Assembly: GCA_963830915.1 (NCBI GenBank)
Contig: CAWHOE010000017.1
Coordinates: 1 to 38,957, forward strand
From: a candidate division FCPU426 bacterium
GTDB lineage: Bacteria; Oederibacteriota; Muellerivitia; Muellerivitales; Muellerivitaceae
DNA: 38,957 nucleotides
Direction: 5' to 3'
Shown here piece by piece: positions 8,798 to 17,379 of the stretch. Position numbers and translations under genes: made by a program. Numbering within the stretch: the stretch's first letter is position 1; each line of letters starts with the position of its first letter. The notes below the pieces were generated by a model. That model made no database searches, was not told the origin of the DNA, and saw nothing but the letters and a program-made list of their open reading frames with translations.

Positions 8798-9505
8798 TTG
8801 AAGTGCGAGAAGGTCGCGGTATTCACCGGTGCCGGTGTTTCGGCCGAGTCGGGGATCGCCACATTCCGCGGCGCGGGAGGGATGTGGGAAAAAGTCGACC
8901 CCATGAGGGTGGTATCCATCGAGGGTTTTCTAACCGACCCCAAGTTCGTCTGGGAATGTCATGAGGCCTGGCGCCGGCAGATCGGTTCCTGCGAGCCGAA
9001 CAAGGCGCATGAGGTCATCGCCTGGATGGAGGGATTCTTTCCCCAGGTCACGGTCTCGACCCAGAATGTGGACGGTTTCCATCAAAAAGCCGGGAGTAAA
9101 AGTCCCTATGAACTCCATGGGAATCTTTGGATCCTGCGCTGTGTGAACGGATGCGGGGAATGGGAGGACCGGCACGAGCTGATCGACCTTCCGCCCAAAT
9201 GCCCCCATTGCGGGGGGATGTTAAGGCCGGCCATCGTCTGGTTCGGGGAACCGCTTCCCGAGGAGGCGTTGACGGCTTCAGAGAAGGCCGCGGCGGATTG
9301 CGACGTCCTATTGGTGGTCGGAACATCGGCGACGGTCTATCCCGCGGCGTCGATCCCTGAGATCGCCATCCTCAAGGGAAGGCTGGTCATCGAGATCAAT
9401 CCGGAGAAAACACCCATCTCCGGGAGAGTGACGCTCTCCGTAAGGGCAAAGGCGGGGGAGGCCTTGGAAGCTTTACAAAAGGAGCTATTAACCCATGGCC
9501 AATGA
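8798..9505 (+). CDS. cobB: NAD-dependent protein deacylase (Sir2/CobB family)
   Basis: FTGAGVSAESGIATFRG, TQNVDGFH, ELHGN, Zn Cys pairs, RPAIVWFGE, VVGTSATVYPAA. The true start may be the in-frame CTG at 8768, after AAGGA. Confidence 0.92.
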   Translation: MKCEKVAVFTGAGVSAESGIATFRGAGGMWEKVDPMRVVSIEGFLTDPKFVWECHEAWRRQIGSCEPNKAHEVIAWMEGFFPQVTVSTQNVDGFHQKAGSKSPYELHGNLWILRCVNGCGEWEDRHELIDLPPKCPHCGGMLRPAIVWFGEPLPEEALTASEKAAADCDVLLVVGTSATVYPAASIPEIAILKGRLVIEINPEKTPISGRVTLSVRAKAGEALEALQKELLTHGQ

Positions 9506-9923
9506 AACCCCATGCCGGTATCACCCGGAACGCAAAGCCCTGAGTTTTTGCCACCACTGCGGGGAACGCTATTGTTTTGAGTGCCTGACGGAGGGCAAGG
9601 AGTTCTATTATTGCAAGAACCCCGATTGCCAAAAGGCCCTGGAATTGGAAAGGAACCCGCCCCCGGCCCCGGTGGTCGAGAGAATCGAACCGGTCGTGGC
9701 GGAAGAACCGCCCGAGGAGGTCCTGGTCCTTCTGGCGGGATTCCTCAACGTTCCCGAAGGCCGGATCGCCCAGTTGAAACTGGAAGCGGAGAACGTGGAG
9801 AGCTTCATGACCGATTATTACTTGAACCCTTTGGACCCCCAGGATGATTCTTTTGTAGGGGAAGTGCAATTGTTGGTGCGGGAAAACGAATTGGAAAAGG
9901 CGACCCAAATCCTTCAGAAGTGA
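9495..9923 (+). CDS. B-box-like Zn-finger plus DUF2007-like domain protein
   Basis: CRYHPERKALSFCHHCGERYCFEC; C-terminal AQLKLEAENVESF...GEVQLLVRENELEKATQIL. Confidence 0.7.
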   Translation: MANETPCRYHPERKALSFCHHCGERYCFECLTEGKEFYYCKNPDCQKALELERNPPPAPVVERIEPVVAEEPPEEVLVLLAGFLNVPEGRIAQLKLEAENVESFMTDYYLNPLDPQDDSFVGEVQLLVRENELEKATQILQK

Positions 9924-9932
9924 CGGTTAATC

Positions 9933-11036
9933 ATGATCCGTTCCAAAAGACTTGCGTCGACTTTGCTGGGGATAGTCTTATTCTTGGTCCCGCGCGCTTG
10001 GGCCGGCCAGGATGATATTTTCTCGGGAAAGATCAGCTTGGAATCCGGTGTTCAACAGGGGCCTGGCGAGGGGCTTTCCCTCTACCAGTTCACCCGATTG
10101 TTGGTGGAAAGCCACAACGAGGTCCTCCCTTCCTTGACCCTGGGGCTTTCAGGGGAAGGGGATTGGCAAACCTCCGCCGTTGGTATGACCCCTTCCTGGC
10201 CTGTTTATTCGACCAAAAACCTCGTCAATGTCGAGGCGGATAATCAGGCAAGCAATAACGGTACCGACCCCTATTCCCTCCGCTTGAGCCGGGCTTACTT
10301 AAGCTGGACCTCCGGTCCGTTGGAGATCAAAGCCGGCCTGAGTTCTTTCGATTGGGGTTCTTCCTATTTCTACCGGCCCACCGATTATTTCTATCCTCTT
10401 TCCCCCCTGGCCTGGACCAGGGACCAGCCTTTAGGAAGCGACGCCTTGCAAGCTTCCTGTTTTCTTTTTGATTTCCTTTCGGCGGAAATGGCGGTCCGAT
10501 GGCTTCAGGGAGGAACGAGCGAGTGGGTGGCCCGCCTGGTCAACAAGGGGATCGGGATCACGGTGAGCCCCAGTTTCGCCGACTTGTCCGGGCGGAATGG
10601 ACTAGGTTTGGAATTGAACGGGACTTTCCCCGAGTTCCAGGTGAGGCTGGAAGGGGTGGACTGGATGTTCGTTGATGGCCACGCCTCGGTCAACTGGATC
10701 GCCGGAATTTCGACCGTCCACGAAGGGATGAAATACACCGCCGAGGTTTTGCGGGACTCGAATGGGGAGATCCTGGGGAACGAGACAGACCGGCTCCCGC
10801 AGGCCACTTATGTGTTCCTATCCATGACAAGTTCGCTTTGGAAAGAATGGAAAGTTTCCCCGGGCTTGGTGGCTCCCTTGGAAGGCGGGCCGGTCCTCTT
10901 TTGGCCTAAACTCTCATGGGGTTTTTCACAACAATGGGAGGCGGGTTTCCAGGCCCAGTTGATGCTGGGGAATTGGAAAGGGCCGTTGGACCTTTATCCT
11001 GGCCGGGCTGGACTTTCCCTGGGGTATCTTTTTTAG
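9933..11036 (+). CDS. Putative outer-membrane beta-barrel protein
   Basis: Signal peptide (AWA), amphipathic strands, LSRAYLSW...EIKAG..WG motif, terminal YLF. Confidence 0.65.
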   Translation: MIRSKRLASTLLGIVLFLVPRAWAGQDDIFSGKISLESGVQQGPGEGLSLYQFTRLLVESHNEVLPSLTLGLSGEGDWQTSAVGMTPSWPVYSTKNLVNVEADNQASNNGTDPYSLRLSRAYLSWTSGPLEIKAGLSSFDWGSSYFYRPTDYFYPLSPLAWTRDQPLGSDALQASCFLFDFLSAEMAVRWLQGGTSEWVARLVNKGIGITVSPSFADLSGRNGLGLELNGTFPEFQVRLEGVDWMFVDGHASVNWIAGISTVHEGMKYTAEVLRDSNGEILGNETDRLPQATYVFLSMTSSLWKEWKVSPGLVAPLEGGPVLFWPKLSWGFSQQWEAGFQAQLMLGNWKGPLDLYPGRAGLSLGYLF

Positions 11037-11060
11037 AGTATCTAACAAACCCTATTTTTC

Positions 11061-11175
11061 ACCACCAAGGCACCAAGAGCACCAAGAACTAATAAAGACT
11101 AAATTTTTTAAAACGAAGTAAAACCAAACCTTTTTGTTTTGCTTTTCTTGGTGTCTTTGTGCCTTGGTGGTTCAA
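11061..11175. repeat. Gene-less copy of the CACCAAG inverted-repeat pair (MITE/REPIN-like)
   Basis: ACCACCAAGGCACCAAGAGCACCAAGAA (11061-11088) and TTCTTGGTGTCTTTGTGCCTTGGTGGTTCAA (11145-11175) around an AT-rich spacer, between convergent genes. Confidence 0.9.
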
Positions 11176-11248
11176 ATTTCCTTTATTTTGAACTCTGTTT
11201 GAGATTATTAGAAACCTTCCGAATTTACTGTTACTTCCCGGCCAGTCC

Positions 11249-13444
11249 CTATTTTTTCCCTTTCATGCCTTCCAAGCTCGCCAGGTTCTCCTTCGCGGGG
11301 GTGAGGTCCAGGGGCGCCCGGATGGCCGAACGGAAAGCTTTTTCGGCTAGGTCATTCTTTTTTTCGATCATATAAAGGGTTCCCAACTCGTTGTAAAAAT
11401 GCGCCGCCGGATATCCCTCCTGGATGGCGTTCAGCATGGCCTGGGCAGATATCAAGAAATTCATCATCGATGGCTTCCCATACATGTTCTCCCAGTTGTG
11501 AAGGGTGAAGACCAATTCCCAATAACAGGACCGAACCAGGGGATCGAGGGGAAGGGAAGACTTGAGCTGGTCGTACATCTCGATGGCTTTCCGCCGGGAC
11601 TCGTCAGGGGGGAGATCCATGGTTTGCTGGATGACCGAGTCGAACAGGACATCGGCTTTTTTCCAGGTCTCAATGGCGGGGCGGGTCTTATCCGTGATGG
11701 GGATGATCCCCAGCATCAAGCCTCCCTCGTAATTGATATCCCTCGGAACGGAGTCGCGGGAGATCCAGATCCACCGCCCTTCGGGGAACCTCTTGGCGAG
11801 GAAAGGCTGGTAATGGATATTCACGGTGATAGCGGCCCAGGTGGCCTGGTGTCCGGCGAGCGCGGGATTATCGACGGAATTGAAAGGGAAGCAGGCGACC
11901 TGAAGGGCCGGGTCCCTGAATTCCAGGGCGTTGAAGTGGGTCAGGATGACGCCCGGTTCCTTATTCTCATCGTATTTTTGCTCAAGACTCTGGTAAGCCA
12001 GGGTGTTCTCCCGGGTCTTTTGGAAACCCCAAAGGTTATTGAGGAAATCCCGGGACTTTTCCAGGTGGACGAAGTCCAAGCCGGAGGTGGCGAAGAGGAT
12101 GGCGGTCAGGGCCAGGAACCTGGTTTTAGCGGGAGTCCAAGAAAGCAAACTTTCCAGACCTACCACCGCCAAGAGGGTCAGAAGGGGCAAGGCTTGGATG
12201 GCCCTCATTTCGGTCGGAGGCGGCCCGCTCAAAAAAGTGGGAAGGAAAGAAAGAAATAGTCCTGTGAGGAGCCAACGATAAAGGCTCTGGGAGACCCGGG
12301 AAAGGGCCACGATCAGGCCGATGATCAACAATCCGCCCGAGACGGGATTGAAAAAGCCGCCCCAGATCGGTCCATAGTAAAAATCAGGCGGCTGGTTCCC
12401 CCATAAAAAACCCGAAAGACAGACGAAGACCGTGAGCAGCTGCTGGACGCCCGTGGTCTGGGGTTTGAAAGCCCAGAGGAAATGGAAATATTTCCCATAG
12501 ACTCCCTGTCCCATGGACCATAACAAGGGAAGGATCACCAACAAAAGAGGGATTAAAAAATAACACAATCGAGCTAGTCTTTTGGCGGGGGAAGGCTGTT
12601 TGAACGAAGTCGCGAGGATCGGGAGGGACACCAGCAGGGCCACCACAGGCCAGGAAAAGTAAGTATAGAAGCCTGTCCCAACGACCAAGCCGGTAACGAT
12701 GAGCCAAAGTTTTCGGCTGGGTTCGGACGGCGCGATCAAGAATTTTCCCAACACGAAGAACGCCAGGTATTCCCAGAGGACCAACAAGCAACCCTGGTGG
12801 GCCATCCGGCCAAAATAGAGGGCCCAGAAACCGAAGGCGATCAGGATGAAATACAGGAAAGCGGTGGACTTGGGGAAGAAATTGCGGACCGATCCATAGG
12901 CCAGGGGAAGGACCGCCAAGGCGATCAAAATGGGGAGTAGGCGGATGGCCAATAAGGTGGAAGAAAGTATTTTGAAGAAGGCTGTCATCAACCAGATCAT
13001 GAAGGGGAGCAACTGGGTCCAGAAAAAGAAAAGACGGTTCTCCCAATGCTGGCAAAGCTTCATGGCGTAGTAGCCGTTGATCATCTCGTCGTAAAGGGGC
13101 CAGCGGGGGATGTCGCCGAAGTGGATGAAACGAATGGCGACGGCGAGAACAGGAATGGATAGGGCGATCCATAAGGCTGGCGAAGGGATGGGAGCGACAG
13201 TCCAGGCGTCCAGGGCCAGGGTTTTACGGAGGCGCAGGGCCACCAGGATCGGCACGAGCCAGCCGAAAAGGATAAGCCAGAGTTTGGTTTCGAAGGGAAG
13301 GGGGAAATAAGATAGGGGGATATCCACGGCCACGAGCCAGCTGAAAAAAAGCCAGATCCATACGGTTTTTCCACGGAGGTTGAACTTGTTGGATGGCAAA
13401 AGGTTTCCTTTCGAGAGATGACCCCCATGGGGACCGGACGTCAT
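11249..13444 (-). CDS. GT-C fold membrane glycosyltransferase (PMT/ArnT-like) with C-terminal TPR
   Basis: Multiple TM helices, WPLYDE acidic loop motif after the first TMs, GTGFYTYFSW; C-terminal FYNELGTLY...AEKAFRSAI TPR. Confidence 0.75.
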   Translation of the reverse strand: MTSGPHGGHLSKGNLLPSNKFNLRGKTVWIWLFFSWLVAVDIPLSYFPLPFETKLWLILFGWLVPILVALRLRKTLALDAWTVAPIPSPALWIALSIPVLAVAIRFIHFGDIPRWPLYDEMINGYYAMKLCQHWENRLFFFWTQLLPFMIWLMTAFFKILSSTLLAIRLLPILIALAVLPLAYGSVRNFFPKSTAFLYFILIAFGFWALYFGRMAHQGCLLVLWEYLAFFVLGKFLIAPSEPSRKLWLIVTGLVVGTGFYTYFSWPVVALLVSLPILATSFKQPSPAKRLARLCYFLIPLLLVILPLLWSMGQGVYGKYFHFLWAFKPQTTGVQQLLTVFVCLSGFLWGNQPPDFYYGPIWGGFFNPVSGGLLIIGLIVALSRVSQSLYRWLLTGLFLSFLPTFLSGPPPTEMRAIQALPLLTLLAVVGLESLLSWTPAKTRFLALTAILFATSGLDFVHLEKSRDFLNNLWGFQKTRENTLAYQSLEQKYDENKEPGVILTHFNALEFRDPALQVACFPFNSVDNPALAGHQATWAAITVNIHYQPFLAKRFPEGRWIWISRDSVPRDINYEGGLMLGIIPITDKTRPAIETWKKADVLFDSVIQQTMDLPPDESRRKAIEMYDQLKSSLPLDPLVRSCYWELVFTLHNWENMYGKPSMMNFLISAQAMLNAIQEGYPAAHFYNELGTLYMIEKKNDLAEKAFRSAIRAPLDLTPAKENLASLEGMKGKK

Positions 13445-13545
13445 TTTATCAACTGGGATGAGGGCGGATAAATAAAATTGGGTTTATTCCCATAAATAAA
13501 TGTAAAATCTTGGGCTCCCGGCGGTTCAATCCAAGGATGGTGAAA

Positions 13546-14094
13546 ATGAAAGAAACGAATTCCAAACCCTTTCCCGACAATTTGGTGCTCATCGGTATGT
13601 TCGGGAGCGGCAAAAGCACGGTGGGCCGGATCCTGGCCAACCGAAAACGGTACAACTTCGTGGATGTGGACCATCTCATCGAGATGAAATACCGCAAACC
13701 CCTGGGAAAGATCTACGACCAATTGGGCATGAAGGAATTCATGAGGGTGGAGGAAGAGACCATCCTGGCCTTGAGGACTCGGCGGTGCATCCTGGCGCCG
13801 GGCGGCAGCGCGGTCTATTATCCCAAGGGGATGAGGCATCTCAAACAACTGGGAACCTGCGTCTATCTCCGTGTTTCCGTGGACGAGATCAAGAAACGCC
13901 TTCCCGACTGGTCCAACCGGGGGGCTGTTTGCCGGGGCGGGAACACCATCCCGGCCCTCTATCGGGAAAGGACGCCCCTTTACCGGAAATACGCCGACCT
14001 TGTGGTCGACGCGTCGGGCCGTTCCTTCGAGAGGATCGCCGACCGGGTCCTGTCGGCCTTGGGCCAGGAGATCAAAACACCCAAAAAGAAATGA
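13546..14094 (+). CDS. aroK: Shikimate kinase
   Basis: NLVLIGMFGSGKSTVGRILA, FVDVD, GGSAV, LYRERTPLYRKYADL. Start could be 13537. Confidence 0.88.
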   Translation: MKETNSKPFPDNLVLIGMFGSGKSTVGRILANRKRYNFVDVDHLIEMKYRKPLGKIYDQLGMKEFMRVEEETILALRTRRCILAPGGSAVYYPKGMRHLKQLGTCVYLRVSVDEIKKRLPDWSNRGAVCRGGNTIPALYRERTPLYRKYADLVVDASGRSFERIADRVLSALGQEIKTPKKK

Positions 14095-14189
14095 CTTATT
14101 CGCCCGCCGGGCGGGTTGAGGTTGGACTATAATCGATGGGTCGGGGGCGTTGTGAGCCCCTGTCTTTTGACGAACGGAGCGTGGGACTC

Positions 14190-15179
14190 ATGAAAGCCGC
14201 AATCATCGGTTCGGGCAACATGGGGACGGCCTTGGCCCATCTCTTGGCCGACAACGGACACACCGTGACCTGCTGGGACCATATCCCGGAAGTCGTCGAG
14301 GACATCAAGAAGAACCACCAGAACAACCGTTTCCTTCCCGGGGTCATCCTTCCCTCCAGCGTGACCGCGGACCTTTTCCTGAACCATGTGGTCCGGGAAG
14401 CCCAGATCATCTTCATCGCGGTCCCGTCGCCATTCGTCGCCCACGTGGTCAAGGAGTTCTCTCCCTTCGCCATGCCCCAAGCCATCGTGGTGGGTACGGC
14501 CAAAGGACTGGAGCCAGCCTCAGGCAAACGAATGAGCCAGGTCTATGCCCAGTCCACCGTCCATTCCTCCGAACAATATGTCGCCCTCTCCGGGCCCGCT
14601 ATCGCCAACGAGTTCGCCCGCAAACAACCTACCGCCGTGGTGGCGGCCTGTCCCAACCATTTCCATCTCACCCGGGCCGCGGAAGCCATGATCAACCCCT
14701 ACTTCCGTGTGGAAACCTGCGAGGACCAGGTTGGGGTCGAACTGGGGGGAGTGCTCAAGAATGTTTTCGCCATCGGGTTCGGCTTGCTGGACCCAACGAA
14801 TAACGGCTCCTTCAACCTGAAATCGGCCTTCCTGACCCTCGCCCTGAGGGAATTGAAGGAAGTCGGGGTCAAAATGGGCGGGCAAGCTGGAACCTTCGAG
14901 GGCCTGGCAGGACTGGGGGACCTGGTCACGACGGGGTTATCTTCCGAATCCCATAACCGTAGGTTCGGCCAACTGCTGGCCTCGGGCGTTGAGTACGACA
15001 AGGCGGTCGCCCAGATGGGCGCGGCGCCGGAGGGCGTGAAAACCGCCGCGACGGTCCTTTCGACCATCGGGAATTCGATGGACCTTCCCCTGATCAAGCT
15101 CATCCAGACATCCCTGTCCCAGCCGGCGGCCAGGCCTCAATTCAGGGATGGGGTTTGGAAACTTTTCGCTCCGAAGTGA
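14190..15179 (+). CDS. gpsA: NAD(P)H-dependent glycerol-3-phosphate dehydrogenase
   Basis: IIGSGNMGTALA, AVPS, AKGLE, LSGPAIANE, GGVLKNV, GLAGLGDL..T..S..SHNRRFG. Confidence 0.93.
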   Translation: MKAAIIGSGNMGTALAHLLADNGHTVTCWDHIPEVVEDIKKNHQNNRFLPGVILPSSVTADLFLNHVVREAQIIFIAVPSPFVAHVVKEFSPFAMPQAIVVGTAKGLEPASGKRMSQVYAQSTVHSSEQYVALSGPAIANEFARKQPTAVVAACPNHFHLTRAAEAMINPYFRVETCEDQVGVELGGVLKNVFAIGFGLLDPTNNGSFNLKSAFLTLALRELKEVGVKMGGQAGTFEGLAGLGDLVTTGLSSESHNRRFGQLLASGVEYDKAVAQMGAAPEGVKTAATVLSTIGNSMDLPLIKLIQTSLSQPAARPQFRDGVWKLFAPK

Positions 15180-15271
15180 CGGTCTGATGCGGCCGTGGAA
15201 CAAAAACCATTGTTGTTTTTAAAGGATGCTTGCCTGTATCCTCGTTGAGAAAAAAATGAAAGGTTGTCGCC

Positions 15272-15709
15272 TTGGGCCTGGAATTCGTCTCCCATTTTCC
15301 TGAGTGGCACCATATCCTTTTCAAAGTGAAGGACGCGGACCTTTCCATCCGCTTTTACAGCGACTATCTGGGCATGGCCGCGGTCCTGGACCAGAGGGAC
15401 ACGGACGGCAAACGGTGGGTTTGGTTGAGGTTCACCGAGAATCCCTATTCCCCTTATTTCGTTCTGTTGGAGGACGGCCGTTTCCAGAAGGGCAATATCA
15501 CGGGAAGCCTGCAGATGCTGTCTTTCCGCATGACGGACATGAAACCGGTCGAGGAGATCGGCGCCAAGGCCAAGAACGAGAATTGCCTGGTGGAAGGGGC
15601 CAAGTACGGAGGCCACATGAGGGGTTATTACTGTCTGGTCTCGGACCCGGACGGCAACGTGTTGGAATTCGCTTATGTCATGTCCCCCAAACCGGGCGGG
15701 GCGCAGTAA
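15272..15709 (+). CDS. VOC/glyoxalase family protein
   Basis: HHILFKVKDADLSIRFYSDYLGM and DPDGNVLE. Confidence 0.88.
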   Translation: MGLEFVSHFPEWHHILFKVKDADLSIRFYSDYLGMAAVLDQRDTDGKRWVWLRFTENPYSPYFVLLEDGRFQKGNITGSLQMLSFRMTDMKPVEEIGAKAKNENCLVEGAKYGGHMRGYYCLVSDPDGNVLEFAYVMSPKPGGAQ

Positions 15710-15730
15710 TCCTCGATACGTTCCTAAAAT

Positions 15731-15770
15731 AAAAAAGGCCGGTTCCCCAATGGGAAGCGGCCTTTTTATT
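15731..15770. terminator. Bidirectional intrinsic terminator
   Basis: AAAAAAGGCCGGTTCCC-CAAT-GGGAAGCGGCCTTTTT between convergent genes. Confidence 0.85.
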
Positions 15771-15780
15771 GACCTTGAGT

Positions 15781-16476
15781 TCAGTTCCGGCGGCTGGAGA
15801 GTATCCGAAGGATGGCCAGGAAAAGGTTCAGGAAATCCAGGTAAAGGGACAAAGCGGCGCTGACATACTCGTCGCTCTCATGGGTCTGCATGACGCGGGA
15901 AGTGTCATAGAGGATGAACAGGGAAAAGAGAACCGAGGTCACCCAAGCCAGGGCCAGGTTCCCGGCCTCGCTGTGGAAGAACGATAGGATCACCGCCAGA
16001 CCGATGACGGCCCAAAGACCCACCGAGACGATCCCGCCCAGGAACGAGAAATCTTTCTTCGTGATGAAGGTGTAGGCTGTCAAACCCACGAAGATGCTTC
16101 CGGTGATGGCGGCCGCCTCGTAGACCACTTCATAGCTTCCGCCGGTGCGCATGACCGCTACCAAGATGGCCGGGGTGATAAAAACTCCGCTGACGAAAGT
16201 GAAGGCCAGAAGAGCGGCTACGTTGACGCCAGGTATTTTCCTGACAGCTGTGCAGACAAAAAAGAGTCCCAAAAAAAGAATTAGACCAATCCAAAAGTGG
16301 GCTAGGACGGCCAAGGCGAAATCCTGGTTGCTCAATGTGACCACCGAGCCGCCGAAAGCCGCCACCAATCCCAATAAGAAAAGGGAATAGACCTTTTGCA
16401 AAAAGGACAGCTGGGTATGAGAGTCTTCCCGGATGACGCTGGAAGAGATCGGTTGATCATTCGAAAGAAAGGCCAT
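15781..16476 (-). CDS. Bax inhibitor-1/YccA family membrane protein
   Basis: FLQKVY, KKDFSFLGG, FILYDTS, AALSLYLDFLNLFLAILRIL. Confidence 0.93.
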   Translation of the reverse strand: MAFLSNDQPISSSVIREDSHTQLSFLQKVYSLFLLGLVAAFGGSVVTLSNQDFALAVLAHFWIGLILFLGLFFVCTAVRKIPGVNVAALLAFTFVSGVFITPAILVAVMRTGGSYEVVYEAAAITGSIFVGLTAYTFITKKDFSFLGGIVSVGLWAVIGLAVILSFFHSEAGNLALAWVTSVLFSLFILYDTSRVMQTHESDEYVSAALSLYLDFLNLFLAILRILSSRRN

Positions 16477-16574
16477 ACATTTCCTCCTGAGGAATTATTC
16501 TGGTAGTTATATTGGGAATCCACCCATGAAATGTCAATGTAAAGCTGGTTAAAAGAATGGGAACAAGGAATGCC

Positions 16575-17324
16575 ATGGCCATAAAGGCGGTTTTTTTAGA
16601 CCTGGATGAAACCCTGCTCGACAACGAGACCTCCGCCCTGGAAGCCTGGAAACTTTTCCGAATGAAAGCCGGGGAGGCGGGCTTTCAGTTCGACTGGCAA
16701 ATATTGGAGACGAAATTCCAAACGGTCGCCTATGAGCATTGGGTCCTCATGGAGAACCAGCCCTTGGGGATGACACCGCTTGAATTTCGGGTCAAGGTTT
16801 TTCGGGAAACTTTGGGCCTTCTTGGATCGCCCGAAAAAGAAGCGTCCTTATTGGGGAATATCTACAACGGATGCCAGATTGAGACCTATCGATTTTTTCC
16901 CGACCTCCGCCCGGCGTTGGACCTTCTCAAGGAAAAATATCTTCTTGGATTGATCACCAACGGTTGGCTCGAATATCAAAAGGAAAAATTGAGGGCTTTG
17001 GGATTGGAGGACCATTTCCAAACGGTGGTGGTTTCCACGGAAGTGGGCTGGTCCAAACCGGACCCTAGGATATTCCAGTCCGCTTGCCAGAGGCTATCGA
17101 TCGAACCGTCGGAAGCGGTTATGGCCGGGGATAACCCAAAACTGGATGGGGAAGGAGCGCTTGGCGCGGGACTTCATTCGGTTTGGCTGAACCGGACCGG
17201 TCGATCCCCGGCCTCGCCCCTACCGGAGGGCCTGGGGATCATCCCCCGTTTCCAGGAATTACCCCGATGGATCGAGGAATCCCAGAGGGGCGGGCTTCCA
17301 CCCCGATGGAGGATGTCCCCCTAA
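16575..17324 (+). CDS. HAD-superfamily hydrolase (YjjG-like)
   Basis: FLDLDETL, LITNG, KPDPRIF, AGDNPKLD; AAGGA before ATG 16575. Confidence 0.9.
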   Translation: MAIKAVFLDLDETLLDNETSALEAWKLFRMKAGEAGFQFDWQILETKFQTVAYEHWVLMENQPLGMTPLEFRVKVFRETLGLLGSPEKEASLLGNIYNGCQIETYRFFPDLRPALDLLKEKYLLGLITNGWLEYQKEKLRALGLEDHFQTVVVSTEVGWSKPDPRIFQSACQRLSIEPSEAVMAGDNPKLDGEGALGAGLHSVWLNRTGRSPASPLPEGLGIIPRFQELPRWIEESQRGGLPPRWRMSP

Positions 17325-17379
17325 CGGGAGGGCCGATTGTGTTAAAATGACGGCCAACCTCTTTCCCTTAGGAGCGGTC

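Noticed and set aside
6779..11175. CACCAAG repeats as a CRISPR array
   Set aside because: The copies are inverted pairs, not regularly spaced direct repeats with unique spacers, and there are no cas genes in the window.
11399..12259. Long alternative-frame and antisense ORFs (e.g. 11399-12259, 8194-8943, 23277-23951, 34746-35438)
   Set aside because: They overlap well-supported genes and lack recognisable motifs; such shadow ORFs are expected in GC-rich coding DNA.
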